In this document: positions 26,704 to 37,051 of the stretch, piece after piece | Layout: the number at the start of each line of letters is the position of its first letter | How positions within the stretch are numbered: the first letter of the stretch is position 1 | DNA from: an uncultured bacterium | GTDB taxonomy: Bacteria > Verrucomicrobiota > Kiritimatiellia > CAIKKV01 > CAITUY01 | Length of the DNA: 40,910 bases | Reading direction: 5' to 3' | NCBI GenBank assembly: GCA_903895695.1 | Contig: CAITUY010000109.1 | Location: 1-40,910, forward strand | The notes under the pieces: model-generated | The model's database searches: none | The model's input: only the letters and a program-made list of their open reading frames with translations | What the model was told of the DNA's origin: nothing | Position numbers and translations under genes: made by a program

Positions 26704-28010
26704 GGTGTCTTCTCTATTACTCGGATCTCCCCGGTTTCCGCAAGTCTGCCGTCGTCATCGTTCGCAACGATTCCCTGGCGAACGTAAATCGGGTGGAGGA
26801 GCGTACGCAGGGATGGAAGCTGCCGGGCAAACCCGATCGACCCGGCGATGCAGCAGGCCCCGCCGAGGATTGTCATCAGCGGGGCCCCGATGAACTGCGC
26901 CAGCACGCCCGCGAGAAGGCTGCCGAGCGGCACCATGCCCATGAAGGCCATGGAGTAGAAACTCATGACCCGCCCGCGCTTGTCGTCGTCAACGATCGTC
27001 TGGAGAATCGTGTTCGTCGAGGCTGTGTGCACCATTAACCCGATCCCGATCACGGGCATGATCGGGAGGGTCAGCCACAGACGTTTCGACAGCCCCAGCG
27101 CGATGAGGCCTATGCCGCATACGGCCGGGGCCCAGGCAATTACCCGGCCGAGCCCGCGCACGCTGTGCCGTCCGGCCAGGTAGAGCGCGCCCGCCAGCGC
27201 ACCGGCCGCGGCGGCCGAAACGAGGAATCCTTGCGTGCGGGCGTCGCCGTGCAGGATCTGCTCGGCGAAGATCGGCAGGAGCTGCGCGTAGGACGCCCCG
27301 GCCAGGCTGACCAGCGCCAGCAGGAGCAACAGGGAGCGGATCGGCGCAAAGCCGAAGGCGTAGCGGAACCCCTCCTTGAGGTTCTCGAGGACCGCCGTCT
27401 GGCGCCCGACGCGCGGATTCGGCTGGACGCGCATCATCAGCAGGCCGGCCAGCACGGCGATATAGCTGAGCCCGTTGAGGAGGAAGCATAGGGCTTCACC
27501 GGTGCTTGCGATCAACAGGCCCGCGATCGCCGGCCCGATCAGCCGGGCGCCGTTGACCATCGAGGAATTCAGGGCAATGGCGTTGGTCAGGTCCTCGCGC
27601 CGGTCGATCATCTGGAGCAGGAACGACTGCCGGGCGGGCACGTCCACAGAGTTGACGGCTCCCAGCAGAACCGAAAGTGCGATGATCTGCCAGATCGCGA
27701 GCGTGCCGGAGTACATCAGGCCCGCGAGCATGAGCGCCTGGGCCATTGCCAGCAATTGCGTCAAGATGATGAGCCGGTGCCGGTCCACGCGGTCGACGAG
27801 CACGCCGGCAAAGGGCGCCATCACGAACGTCGGGATCCGCGCGGCGAACCCCGTGACGCCGAGCAGAAAGGCGCTGTGGCTCAGGCGCCACACGAGCCAG
27901 GCGACCGCGGTCATCTGCATCCAGGTGCCGATCAGCGAAAGACCCTGCCCCATGAAGAAGAGCCGGAAATTCCGGTGCCGGAGTGAGCGGAAGAGCAGGC
28001 GCGGGTTCAC
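26700..28010 (-). CDS. MFS transporter
   Basis: 12-TM MFS architecture with N-terminal NPRLLFRSLRHRNFRLFFMGQ. True start uncertain: candidates are GTG at about 28010 or ATG at 28166. The ORF track extends to 28241. Confidence 0.7.
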   Translation of the reverse strand: MNPRLLFRSLRHRNFRLFFMGQGLSLIGTWMQMTAVAWLVWRLSHSAFLLGVTGFAARIPTFVMAPFAGVLVDRVDRHRLIILTQLLAMAQALMLAGLMYSGTLAIWQIIALSVLLGAVNSVDVPARQSFLLQMIDRREDLTNAIALNSSMVNGARLIGPAIAGLLIASTGEALCFLLNGLSYIAVLAGLLMMRVQPNPRVGRQTAVLENLKEGFRYAFGFAPIRSLLLLLALVSLAGASYAQLLPIFAEQILHGDARTQGFLVSAAAAGALAGALYLAGRHSVRGLGRVIAWAPAVCGIGLIALGLSKRLWLTLPIMPVIGIGLMVHTASTNTILQTIVDDDKRGRVMSFYSMAFMGMVPLGSLLAGVLAQFIGAPLMTILGGACCIAGSIGFARQLPSLRTLLHPIYVRQGIVANDDDGRLAETGEIRVIEKTP

Positions 28011-28283
28011 GGGTGTGTTCGACTGCGCCCTATCATGGCCGCGTTGCCGATGGCGCGCAAGACCCTTGGGCACCCGAAGCCCATCGCCCGACGCTTCTCT
28101 GATGTGGGGCGGATGTCCCCATCCGCCGCTGCATTTCCCAGGCGGCCAGAGACGGCCGCCCCACATTGCGCTTCGCTCCTTCGCGGACAACACGCCCGGC
28201 CTCGGAGATGCGCCACCCCACACGTTGCGCAAGGGTCGCACAACGGTTGAACAACCCGCCCGCTTCCGCTATCCTCTCGCCCC

Positions 28284-29555
28284 ATGAACATTTTGGTCGT
28301 AGGCGGCGGAGGGCGGGAACATGCCCTGGTTTGGAAACTGGCGCAGGATAGCCGGAAGCCCCGGTTGTTTTGTGCGCCGGGTAATGCCGGGACCGCCGAG
28401 CTGGCCGTGAACCTGCCGATCGCGGCCGAGGATGTACCCGCGCTCGTGGCGTGGGCCAAGGCCAATCGCCCCGACTTAACCGTGGTCGGCCCCGAGGCGC
28501 CGCTTTGCGCCGGCCTGACGGATGCCTTGCAGCGAGAAGGACTGCGCGTGTTCGGCCCGTCGCAGGCTGCTGCGCAGATGGAAGGCAGCAAGGTTTTTGC
28601 CAAAGATGTGATGGTCGCCGCCGGCGTGCCCACGGCCCAGTCGCGCATCTTCACGGACGCTGCCGAGGCCGTGGCTTATGTGCGGCAGTTGGGTGCCCCG
28701 ATCGTCATCAAGGCCGAAGGCCTGGCCGCAGGCAAGGGCGTGACCGTGTGCGCAACCGTGGCCCAGGCCGAGCAGGCCATTCGCGAGTCGCTCGTCGACC
28801 ACGCGTTTGGCGCGGCCGGTGCCCGGGTCCTCGTCGAGGAATTCCTCGACGGCGAGGAAGCCTCCCTGCTCGCGTTGGTGGATGGCGAGCACGTGGTGCT
28901 GCTGTCCTCGGCCCAGGATCACAAGCGCGTGTTCGATAATGACCAGGGTCCGAACACAGGCGGCATGGGCGCGTATTCGCCCGCTCCCGTGGTAACGGCC
29001 GAAATGCTGCCCGTCATCGAGCGCGAGGTTTTCGGCCGGACCCTGGCGGAACTGCGCAAGCGCGGGATCGTTTACAAGGGCGTGCTCTATGCCGGGCTGA
29101 TGATGACGAAGGCCGGGCCCAGGGTGCTGGAGTTTAATGCCCGGTTCGGCGACCCCGAGACGCAGGTGATTCTGCCGCGCCTCGAGGGCGACTTGATCCC
29201 GGCGCTGGAAGCCTGCATCGACGGGACGCTGGCACCCGGGCATGTGCGCTGGAAGCCGCAGGCATGCGTGTGCGTCGTGATGGCGGCTGGCGGCTATCCC
29301 GGCGCCTATGCCAAGGGCCACGAGATCCAGGGCCTCAAGCAAGCGGCGGCCGTCAAGGACGCCGTCGTGTTCCATGCCGGCACCAAGTTGCAGGATGGCA
29401 AGGTCGTCACAGCCGGCGGCCGCGTGCTCGGCGTCACGGCGCTTGGCGCAGCCCTGCCGGCGGCCGTGGCGCGCGCTTACGAGGCGGTGGGCAAGATCGC
29501 GTGGACCGGCGCGCAGTTTCGCAAGGATATCGCGGCGAGAGCATTGAAAAGGTGA
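28284..29555 (+). CDS. purD: phosphoribosylamine--glycine ligase
   Basis: MNILVVGGGGREHAL...; ATP-grasp motifs. 423 aa. Confidence 0.9.
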   Translation: MNILVVGGGGREHALVWKLAQDSRKPRLFCAPGNAGTAELAVNLPIAAEDVPALVAWAKANRPDLTVVGPEAPLCAGLTDALQREGLRVFGPSQAAAQMEGSKVFAKDVMVAAGVPTAQSRIFTDAAEAVAYVRQLGAPIVIKAEGLAAGKGVTVCATVAQAEQAIRESLVDHAFGAAGARVLVEEFLDGEEASLLALVDGEHVVLLSSAQDHKRVFDNDQGPNTGGMGAYSPAPVVTAEMLPVIEREVFGRTLAELRKRGIVYKGVLYAGLMMTKAGPRVLEFNARFGDPETQVILPRLEGDLIPALEACIDGTLAPGHVRWKPQACVCVVMAAGGYPGAYAKGHEIQGLKQAAAVKDAVVFHAGTKLQDGKVVTAGGRVLGVTALGAALPAAVARAYEAVGKIAWTGAQFRKDIAARALKR

Positions 29556-29564
29556 AGAGGCAGG

Positions 29565-29627
29565 TTTCAGTGTTCGGTGTTCAGGAATTCATTTTCGCTG
29601 AACACTGAAGCCTGAACACTGAACACA
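29565..29627. repeat. REP-like hairpin element (inverted copies of the cctgaacac[c/t]gaacactgaa unit)
   Basis: tttcagtgttcggtgttcagg ...loop... ctgaacactgaagcctgaacactgaacac in the purD-purE intergenic region. Same unit as 7105-7127. Confidence 0.5.
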
Positions 29628-29647
29628 CTGACGCTGAGGAAATTCAG

Positions 29648-30178
29648 ATGAGCAAAACAACTGCAGAAGTGGCCATCGTCATGGGCAGCGATTCCGACTG
29701 GCCGTTGCTGGAGGAAACCTACAAGACGTTGGTCAAGTTCGGGGTGGCCTGCGAAGTGCGGGTCATGTCCGCTCACCGCACGCCGGACCTGGCGACGGCC
29801 TTTGCCAAGAAGGCGGCGGCAACCGGGGTCAAGGTAATCATCGCGGCTGCCGGCGGAGCCGCGCACCTTGCCGGCGTCATGGCCGCGCAGACGACCCTTC
29901 CGGTGATCGGTATCCCCGTGACCAGCAGTTTTCTGGATGGGCTTGACTCGCTACTGTCAACCGTGCAGATGCCCGCGGGCATCCCGGTGGCGACCGTGGC
30001 CGTGGGCAAGGCGGGCGCGGTAAACGCGGCCCTGCTGGCCGTCCAGATCCTGGCGCTGGGGCAGCCGGCCCTGGCCCGCAAGTTGGTGGAGCACAAGCGG
30101 GCGCTGGTGGCCAAGGTCAAGGATGGTAACGCGCGGATTCAAGCGGATGTTGCCCGGAAGGCTGCGGCCCATGTGTAG
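29648..30178 (+). CDS. purE: N5-carboxyaminoimidazole ribonucleotide mutase
   Basis: [12 protein letters not shown]...[29 protein letters not shown]. Confidence 0.9.
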   Translation: MSKTTAEVAIVMGSDSDWPLLEETYKTLVKFGVACEVRVMSAHRTPDLATAFAKKAAATGVKVIIAAAGGAAHLAGVMAAQTTLPVIGIPVTSSFLDGLDSLLSTVQMPAGIPVATVAVGKAGAVNAALLAVQILALGQPALARKLVEHKRALVAKVKDGNARIQADVARKAAAHV

Positions 30179-30239
30179 ACTCCACGATGCTTACGCATTT
30201 GAGGTAGGGCGTGGGCGTCCTCGCCCCGCCGACAAAGAG

Positions 30240-31214
30240 GTGCGGCAGGGATGCCGCTGCCATACCTTTCTGGCGCCGCTATCAGCCATCGTATTGCTGG
30301 CCGCTGCCAGCGCCAGCGCCTTTGAATCGGTCGAGGCCCTCACGGGATTTTTCGACACGAATGGCATTCCATATGACCGGACCAACGTGGTCGCGGCCGC
30401 CCTCGGCGGCGCGCTGCAGGCGGTTGATTCCGGCGCGCGTTTCGTGTCTGCGGAGGCCGCCCGGGCGCTCGTAGCCCGCGGCGAGCCGGTGCTCGGCCCG
30501 TCTGGCTTCACCAATTTGACGACGCTCGATGCGGTGGAGTTGTGGCCGGAAGGGCTTGCGTATCTCAAGGTCAACGCCCTCGGGGCGGGCAGCGGCGCGG
30601 AGGTCCTCGCGCACCTTCGATGCCTCAGTGACCGGACCGGTGTGATTCTCGATTTGCGCGGGGCGGATGGCGCGGACCTGGAGGCCGTGGCGGCGCTGGC
30701 GAGCCCGTTCCGGTGCCAGGGCGAGCCGCTGTTTACGGTAAGTGACCTGCGCGGCCGCGAACTGGCGGCCTACACGGCCACCTCGGCGGTGCCATGCGAA
30801 GTGCCCCTGATGGTGCTGACCGACCGGGGCACGCGCGGCAGCGCCGAGGCCCTGGCCTCCTGTTTCCGCGGCGTGCCGGGCGTGATGACGATCGGCATGC
30901 CGACGTGCGGCGAGACGCAACTGCGCGAGTTACTGCCGTTGCCCGACGCCTCCTTCCTATACATCGCGACCCGCCGGCTGGTTCCGGCCGGCCGGCCGGC
31001 TTACGACCGGACCGGCGTGCAGCCCGATGTCGAGGTGACTGTTTTCGATCCCGGGGCCTTTGCCAACGGCGATTCGCCGATCCGCGGCCGCACGGCCAGC
31101 GCCAAGACCGTGCGCGACCATGAACTCATGCTGCGGGTGGGCCACGATGTCGTGCTGCGCCGCGCCGCGGATATCCTCCTGGGCCTCAAGGCGCTGGACC
31201 ATGTCGGACTCTGA
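30240..31214 (+). CDS. S41-family (C-terminal processing) peptidase-like protein
   Basis: Signal-like N-terminus (FLAPLSAIVLLAAASASA). S41 core GVILDLRGADGADLEAVAALAS...LMVLTDRGTRGSAEALASCF. Start is a putative GTG. The ORF begins further upstream and overlaps purE. Confidence 0.6.
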   Translation: MRQGCRCHTFLAPLSAIVLLAAASASAFESVEALTGFFDTNGIPYDRTNVVAAALGGALQAVDSGARFVSAEAARALVARGEPVLGPSGFTNLTTLDAVELWPEGLAYLKVNALGAGSGAEVLAHLRCLSDRTGVILDLRGADGADLEAVAALASPFRCQGEPLFTVSDLRGRELAAYTATSAVPCEVPLMVLTDRGTRGSAEALASCFRGVPGVMTIGMPTCGETQLRELLPLPDASFLYIATRRLVPAGRPAYDRTGVQPDVEVTVFDPGAFANGDSPIRGRTASAKTVRDHELMLRVGHDVVLRRAADILLGLKALDHVGL

Positions 31215-32265
31215 CCCCAGCCTGATGAGAGTCGACGGTCGCAAGCCGGGCCGGCAGGCCGTGGCGCAGGCCGCCCGCCTCTTGCGCCAGGGTTCCCTGG
31301 TGGTTCTCCCCACCGACACCGTCTACGGCGTGGCCGCCGATCCAACCGTGCCCGGCGCCCTGGAGCGTCTCTACGAGGCCAAAACCCGCGACCGCGGGAA
31401 ACCCATTCCCTTTCTTGTCGCCGATATCGCCGAGGTGGCCCGGGCCGGCGCCGCGATGGGCTGGCGGGCCCGGCGCCTTGCCCGGCGCTACTGGCCCGGG
31501 CCGCTTACGCTGGTGTTGCGAACGGGAGAGGCGTACGAGGGTTTTCGCGTTCCCAACCACCCTGTGACCCTGGCCGTGCTGCGGGCGGTCGGCGGCATCC
31601 TGCGCGTCACGAGCGCCAACCGCAGCGGCGAGGCGGCGGCCTGCGATGCGCCGGCGGCGGCGGCCGCGCTCGCGGGCCGCGTCCGCTTGGTGCTCGATGC
31701 CGGGCCGGCGCCCCTGGGCGCGGAGAGCACGGTCGTGCAGGAGGATGGCGAAACCCTGCGCATCCTTCGCCAGGGCGCCCTGCCGGCGGAGGCCGTCCGG
31801 TCGAGGCCGCTCGTTGTCATGGTGTGTACCGGCAACATCTGCCGCAGTCCCATGGCCAAGTACCTGCTGCGCCAGTGGCTCGGGCCCGACAGCCCGTGGG
31901 AGGTCGAGTCGGCCGGCGTTGGGGCCGTGGGCGGCCAGCCGGCCAGCGAGGAAGCCGTGATCGCGCTGGCGGAAAAAGGGATCGATGGCTCGCGGCATCG
32001 AAGCCGGGCCCTGGATGAGGGGCTGGTTGACGCTGCGGACTTCATTGTGGTAATGACGGACGATCATCGGCGCATCGTCCAGCAGCGATTTCCCGGGGCG
32101 CGCGACAGGGTCTATCTGCTGAAGTCGTTCGGCCCCGCCGAATCTGACGAGGATATTGCGGACCCGATCGGCCAGTCGGTGGACGTTTATCGCGATTGCC
32201 GCGACGAGATGAATGCCGCCATGCCCGACTTGGTGTTGCACCTGCACGAGTGGTTGGCCGGTTGA
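31201..32265 (+). CDS. tsaC: L-threonylcarbamoyladenylate synthase (TsaC/YrdC domain) fused to low-molecular-weight protein tyrosine phosphatase
   Basis: YrdC motifs ([27 protein letters not shown]). C-terminal LMW-PTP P-loop [12 protein letters not shown] and DPIG..DVYRD. Confidence 0.8.
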   Translation: MSDSDPSLMRVDGRKPGRQAVAQAARLLRQGSLVVLPTDTVYGVAADPTVPGALERLYEAKTRDRGKPIPFLVADIAEVARAGAAMGWRARRLARRYWPGPLTLVLRTGEAYEGFRVPNHPVTLAVLRAVGGILRVTSANRSGEAAACDAPAAAAALAGRVRLVLDAGPAPLGAESTVVQEDGETLRILRQGALPAEAVRSRPLVVMVCTGNICRSPMAKYLLRQWLGPDSPWEVESAGVGAVGGQPASEEAVIALAEKGIDGSRHRSRALDEGLVDAADFIVVMTDDHRRIVQQRFPGARDRVYLLKSFGPAESDEDIADPIGQSVDVYRDCRDEMNAAMPDLVLHLHEWLAG

Positions 32266-32291
32266 AGCCGGCGAGGAAGGACCCAGGACTC

Positions 32292-33974
32292 ATGAAGATT
32301 GCCATTGGCGCCGACCACGGCGGCTACGAGTTGAAAGAATCGGTCAAGCGCGCCTTCGAGCAGCGCGGCATCGCCATCGAGGATGTCGGCTGCCACGACG
32401 CCACATCCGTCGACTATCCCGACTATGCCCGCGCGGTGGCGGGCCTGGTGGCGGAAGGCACGGTCGAGCAGGGCGTGCTGATCTGCCGGACCGGCCTGGG
32501 CATGAGCATGGCGGCCAACAAATTTCCGCGTGTTCGCGCGGCACTGTGCATGACTCCCCGCATGGCGGTCGCGGCCCGTTCCCACAACAACGCCAACATC
32601 CTTGTGCTCGGGGGGGACATTGAGTCGCCAAGCCAGGCGGCCGAGATCGTGGGCGCCTGGCTGGAAACGCCGTTCGTGGGCGAAGCCCGTCACCAACGGC
32701 GCGTGGACAAGGTCGACGAGATGGGCGGCACGGCGGTCGAGATGGGGGCTGTCGCCGAGGTCGACCGCGAGATCTACGATGCGATCAAGCACGAGGAGCA
32801 GCGCGAGGGCTCGACGATCGACTTGATCGCTTCCGAGAATTATGCCAGCCGGGCCGTGCGCGAAGCGCAAGGCTCGCTGATGACCAACAAGTATGCCGAG
32901 GGCTATCCCGGCAAGCGTTACTACAACGGGTGCGAATTCGTGGACGTGGCGGAGCGGCTGGCGATCGAGCGGGCCAAGGCGATCTTCGGCGCCGAGCACG
33001 CCAACGTGCAGCCGCACTGCGGGTCGTCGGCCAACATGGCGGTGTATTTCGCCGTGCTGCAGCCGGGCGACACGATCGTGGCCATGAGCCTGGCCCACGG
33101 CGGACACCTCACGCACGGGCACAAGGTCAACTTCTCCGGCCGCTTTTTCAACATCGTGCCGTACGGCGTGAACAAGCAGACCGAGCGCATCGACTACGAC
33201 GAGATCGCGGCGCTGGCGCGCCAGAACAAGCCAAAGTTGATTGTCGCCGGGGCGAGCGCCTATCCGCGTGTCATCGAATTCCAGCGGCTGCGCGCGATTG
33301 CCGACGAGACGGGCGCGATGCTGATGGTCGACATGGCCCACATCGCCGGGCTGATCGCCGCGGGCGTGCACCCCAGTCCGGTGCCGTATGCCGACTTCGT
33401 GACCACCACGACCCACAAGACCCTGCGCGGACCGCGCAGCGGGTTGATCCTGTGCCGGGCGAAGTATGCCAAGGATATCGACCGCACCGTATTCCCGGGG
33501 CTGCAGGGCGGGCCGCTCATGCACACCATCGCGGCCAAAGCGGTGTGCTTCAAGGAAGCCATGGAACCCGGCTTCAAGGCCTATCAGCAGCAGGTCGTCA
33601 AGAACGCCCAGACGCTGGCGGCGTTTCTGGCCTCGCACGGCATGCGCATCGTGTCCGGCGGCACGGACAATCACCTGATGCTGGTTGATCTCACGCCGCT
33701 CAAGACGACGGGCAAGGATGCCGCCACGGCGCTGGAGAAGGCGGGCATTATCGTCAACAAGAACGCCATTCCGTTTGACGCGCAGCCCCCGGCCGTGACG
33801 TCGGGCATTCGCATCGGCACGCCGGCGGCGACCACGCGCGGCATGGCCGAAGCCGAGATGCAGCAGATTGGGACGTGGATCGTCGATGCGGTCAAGCACC
33901 AGGCCGATGACGCCCACTTGGCGGGCATCCGTGCCCAAGTTGTTGCGTTCGCCGCGAAGTTTCCGATCCCCTGA
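32292..33974 (+). CDS. glyA: ribose-5-phosphate isomerase B fused in frame to serine hydroxymethyltransferase
   Basis: N-terminal RpiB ([16 protein letters not shown]...[18 protein letters not shown]). It runs with no stop into GlyA ([41 protein letters not shown]...THKTLRGPR). GAGGAAGG RBS. Confidence 0.8.
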   Translation: MKIAIGADHGGYELKESVKRAFEQRGIAIEDVGCHDATSVDYPDYARAVAGLVAEGTVEQGVLICRTGLGMSMAANKFPRVRAALCMTPRMAVAARSHNNANILVLGGDIESPSQAAEIVGAWLETPFVGEARHQRRVDKVDEMGGTAVEMGAVAEVDREIYDAIKHEEQREGSTIDLIASENYASRAVREAQGSLMTNKYAEGYPGKRYYNGCEFVDVAERLAIERAKAIFGAEHANVQPHCGSSANMAVYFAVLQPGDTIVAMSLAHGGHLTHGHKVNFSGRFFNIVPYGVNKQTERIDYDEIAALARQNKPKLIVAGASAYPRVIEFQRLRAIADETGAMLMVDMAHIAGLIAAGVHPSPVPYADFVTTTTHKTLRGPRSGLILCRAKYAKDIDRTVFPGLQGGPLMHTIAAKAVCFKEAMEPGFKAYQQQVVKNAQTLAAFLASHGMRIVSGGTDNHLMLVDLTPLKTTGKDAATALEKAGIIVNKNAIPFDAQPPAVTSGIRIGTPAATTRGMAEAEMQQIGTWIVDAVKHQADDAHLAGIRAQVVAFAAKFPIP

Positions 33975-33996
33975 CGCGAACCGTTCCCCACAAAAA

Positions 33997-34030
33997 GGAA
34001 ACCGCGGCTTCGGAGCCGCGGTTTCCTTTA
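33997..34030 (+). terminator. rho-independent terminator after glyA
   Basis: ggaaaccgcggct tcgg agccgcggtttcc followed by ttta. Confidence 0.6.
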
Positions 34031-34332
34031 CAGGGTATTGCCTCCTGAGGGGCACCCCAGTCGGCCAGTGGGCGTGGGAACCGTTGATTGCACTCTTTGG
34101 TGCCGTCCCGACTTGCCTACCGACCTCAGGTCGCCTTCTTGTTTGAGCAGGGCATGTGCCGTGGACACGCCTCCGGTCATGTTTGACAGTATATTGGCGT
34201 ATCCTTTGCCGGCACCGGACAAGTGGCGCCAACCAGCCCCCGCGTGGTCCGTTGCGCGGTGTTCTCCGCTATGCGTGAACGTGTCTCATGTCTCGGTGTC
34301 CTGATACATGTCCGGCGGGGAAGTGTTCGGAG

Positions 34333-34438
34333 TGCGTGGTTCTTAGTGCGTGGTTCCTGGTTGTGGGAGTTGGAGAGTAGGACGAACCGTGAGCGAGACT
34401 GCGAACCAAGAACAAAGAACCACGAACCAAGAACACCG
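34333..34438. repeat. imperfect inverted repeat (gtgcgtggttcttagtgcgtggttcctggttg ... gaaccaagaacaaagaaccacgaaccaagaacac)
   Basis: Arms are near reverse complements. Lies in an 890-nt intergenic region. Confidence 0.4.
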
Positions 34439-34917
34439 TAGTTCGTTCCCCGCTTGGGGGCGCCTGACCCCCAAAAAGAAGTAACCGCGGTCTCATTCCG
34501 CGGCTACCCTTCACAGGAAGCGTCCTGTCGGCGTGCCATTCAGCCAGTAGTCGTGGCCCTTTTCCGTCGCACCTTTGGCGCGTTTCCACGAAGTCTACCA
34601 ACGTCAGGTCTGCCTTAAGTAATGAGCACTGCGCGTGCCCCGGACCGGTTGCGCGGCTGGTTTGACCGTAAATTGGCAGTCGCTTGGCGGTCTGCGGACA
34701 TTGCATGAGGAAAGGTGGAAGGTGGGTGGTGGAGGGCCGGATTTGCGGGCAACCCGAAAGGGTGGGACTGGCCACACGTGTTCCACACCGAGTAGCCTTG
34801 CGCCGAGCCCGGCGAGGCCACCGCCCGGCGATTGCACATCGCGGAGCGGTCTGGTATGGTCCGGCGTTCAATGGTGGCGCAACAGAGCGCCGGAACCGGT
34901 TGATGGAGCGAGCGACA

Positions 34918-35886
34918 ATGAATTTGATGGGCATCGACATTGGCGGCACCAAGACGGCCGCCTGCATCGGCAATGATCGTGGGGAGATCCTGGCGTCCAA
35001 GCGCATGCCTTCGGCCAGCGATACGATCGAGCACTATCGCAAGCAGATGCTCGAGCTTTGTTACGAGACGATTGCCAAGGCGGGATTGAAGCCGGAGCAG
35101 ATCGACGCCATCGGCATCTCGGCGCCGGGTCCGCTCGACTGCAAGCGCGGGGTGTTGATTGCACCGCCGAACAACGTGGGTTGGCGCGACGTCCCGATCG
35201 TGGACATGGTGCAGAAGTCGTTCAAGGCCCCGGTGTTCTGCAACAACGACGCCAATGCCTGCGCCCTGGCGGAGATGCTGTTCGGCGAGTATCGCGGGGT
35301 GAAGAACTTGGTGTACCTGACGTTCAGCACGGGCATGGGAGGCGGCATCATCGCCAACGGCGAACTGATCCAGGGCGCCACCGACACGGGCGGCGAGGTG
35401 GGGCACCACACGTTGGACCCCAACGGACCCCTGTGCGGATGCGGCCAGCGCGGCTGCTGGGAAGCCTATGTGGGCGGCCGCAACGTGGCTGAGCAACTCA
35501 AGGCCAAGATTCGCGACGGCAACGTCACGACCACGATGGTTGAAAAGGCGGGCGGGATCGACAAGATCGACGTGCGGGCCTTCGAGCAGGCGGCGCGCGA
35601 GGGCGACCGCTTTGCGATGGCGGAGTGGGACATGTTTACGGACCGCGTTGCGCAGGGTATCGGCAATCTGATCATGATCCTCAACCCCGACGTCATCGTG
35701 CTCGGCACCATTGCCATCCACACCGGCGATTTCGTCATGGGCCCCATTCGCGACAAACTGCCCAAGTACACTTGGGAGTGGCCGCTCAAAGTCTGCAAGG
35801 TAGTGCCCAGTTCGCTGGGCGGCAAGATCGGCGACCTGGCGGCGCTCGCCGTGGCCGTCACTGGCCTCAAACACGCAGGTCAGTAG
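34918..35886 (+). CDS. ROK-family sugar kinase (glucokinase / N-acetylglucosamine kinase-like)
   Basis: MNLMGIDIGGTKTAA (ATP-binding). ROK zinc motif CGCGQRGCWEAY. GGAG RBS. Confidence 0.8.
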   Translation: MNLMGIDIGGTKTAACIGNDRGEILASKRMPSASDTIEHYRKQMLELCYETIAKAGLKPEQIDAIGISAPGPLDCKRGVLIAPPNNVGWRDVPIVDMVQKSFKAPVFCNNDANACALAEMLFGEYRGVKNLVYLTFSTGMGGGIIANGELIQGATDTGGEVGHHTLDPNGPLCGCGQRGCWEAYVGGRNVAEQLKAKIRDGNVTTTMVEKAGGIDKIDVRAFEQAAREGDRFAMAEWDMFTDRVAQGIGNLIMILNPDVIVLGTIAIHTGDFVMGPIRDKLPKYTWEWPLKVCKVVPSSLGGKIGDLAALAVAVTGLKHAGQ

Positions 35887-36408
35887 CGGCGGAGGAAGTG
35901 GAGGGCGCCGCTCTGGCGGCGCCGTGACTGGAGCGTGCCCCTCCTCCGTCGCGAGTTTGGAATGGATTAGGCGTGTGCCGCTGGGATAGAATTCCACCGT
36001 GATCAAGCCATGCGTCCATATCGCCAAGTCCTTTCGCGACGCTGATGAATGGGACATAAGGCAGGCGATTTCCATGCCGCTGGCCAGACGGTTAGCACTG
36101 GCGGAGGAGTTAAAGCGCCGAGCCTACCCTGGCGTTTGAAAAGGACCACGGGAATGCCGCCGAGGGAAACCGGTGCGTCGCGTTTCGCCAGCGACATAAG
36201 GCAGTTTCTGGAATGCCTGACGACGCAAGGTGTTCGCGATATTTGAACCGTGGATTCTAGTTTCTAGGTTTGACCCTTGGGGCCGCACATGGCGGTTCCT
36301 CCTGATTGGTGTGCTGACTGACCAATCATTCGGCGGCGAGGAAGGGGTGTCCTGCCGGGCGGACCCGCATGCCGTGGTGGTGCAGCAGCCGGGGCTACGC
36401 CGTACCGT

Positions 36409-36879
36409 TCAGCGTGGGGTTGGGGGCATTCTCTGTTGTTCGATTTGGGTGCACACATCAAACAGCCATTCGACTCCCGTGTCGACAACCTTCAAGTCAT
36501 TTGGCCGGATTTCCAATTCTGATGGCGACTTGGGGTGGGTTATCCGGTCCCTTATCTGGTATGCCTGAAGCAATGCGCACCAGCCTTTCTCCTTCTTGTT
36601 GACTCGGTACGTCGAGCACAGCGCTTTCGCAATGCCGTTGAGTGCAGTCTCAATGCTGTCCTTGGTCGACTGTCTGCTGAGCAACTGCCCCGCGTCACCG
36701 GCTGCCGCCTGATAATGAAGAGCATACAAGAATGCTTCTACGTAAGCAAACTGGGCGCGGATGAGGCAGCGCCGCTGAACCTGGCCATCTGGCGCGGCAT
36801 TGGCGGCTTCAACGCAGTATGCGACATCCGTGGAGTTCAAGAGTCGTGCGGCTGTGAGCGCTGTGTTGTTGTACTTCAT
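36409..36879 (-). CDS. hypothetical small protein with candidate HEPN R-x4-H motif
   Basis: 156 aa. Strong GGAGGAG RBS. R110-DRIT-H115 fits the HEPN Rx4-6H motif in a predicted helical protein. Lower-GC island. Confidence 0.45.
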   Translation of the reverse strand: MKYNNTALTAARLLNSTDVAYCVEAANAAPDGQVQRRCLIRAQFAYVEAFLYALHYQAAAGDAGQLLSRQSTKDSIETALNGIAKALCSTYRVNKKEKGWCALLQAYQIRDRITHPKSPSELEIRPNDLKVVDTGVEWLFDVCTQIEQQRMPPTPR

Positions 36880-37051
36880 CTGTCTGTCTCCTCCATTCTG
36901 TTTCTGTCACCGAACTATACTATAAGACAACACGACCTTTCGGGGACTAGTTGCCTACGCGAGCAGCCTCTTGCCGCCCGAGCAATACCCGAGACCTCAC
37001 GAGATTCTGGCCCAAGCCACTATCGGCGTCAGTCGGGGCTAACCTAATCAG

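Noticed and set aside
32700-32760. Separate glyA start ([12 protein letters not shown]...) after an rpiB stop
   Set aside because: No stop codon separates the RpiB and GlyA reading frames in the given sequence, so I annotate a fusion. A sequencing error cannot be excluded (see finding).
34456-34508. Possible rho-independent terminators (ggggg-cgcctga-ccccc; aaccgcgg...ccgcgg)
   Set aside because: The hairpins are followed by A-runs or no U-run on either strand, so they are not convincing intrinsic terminators. Retained only as structure within the intergenic finding.
34615-36075. 486-aa minus-strand ORF
   Set aside because: Antisense to the ROK kinase gene (clear ATP-binding and zinc motifs). 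Extends across the intergenic region without an RBS.
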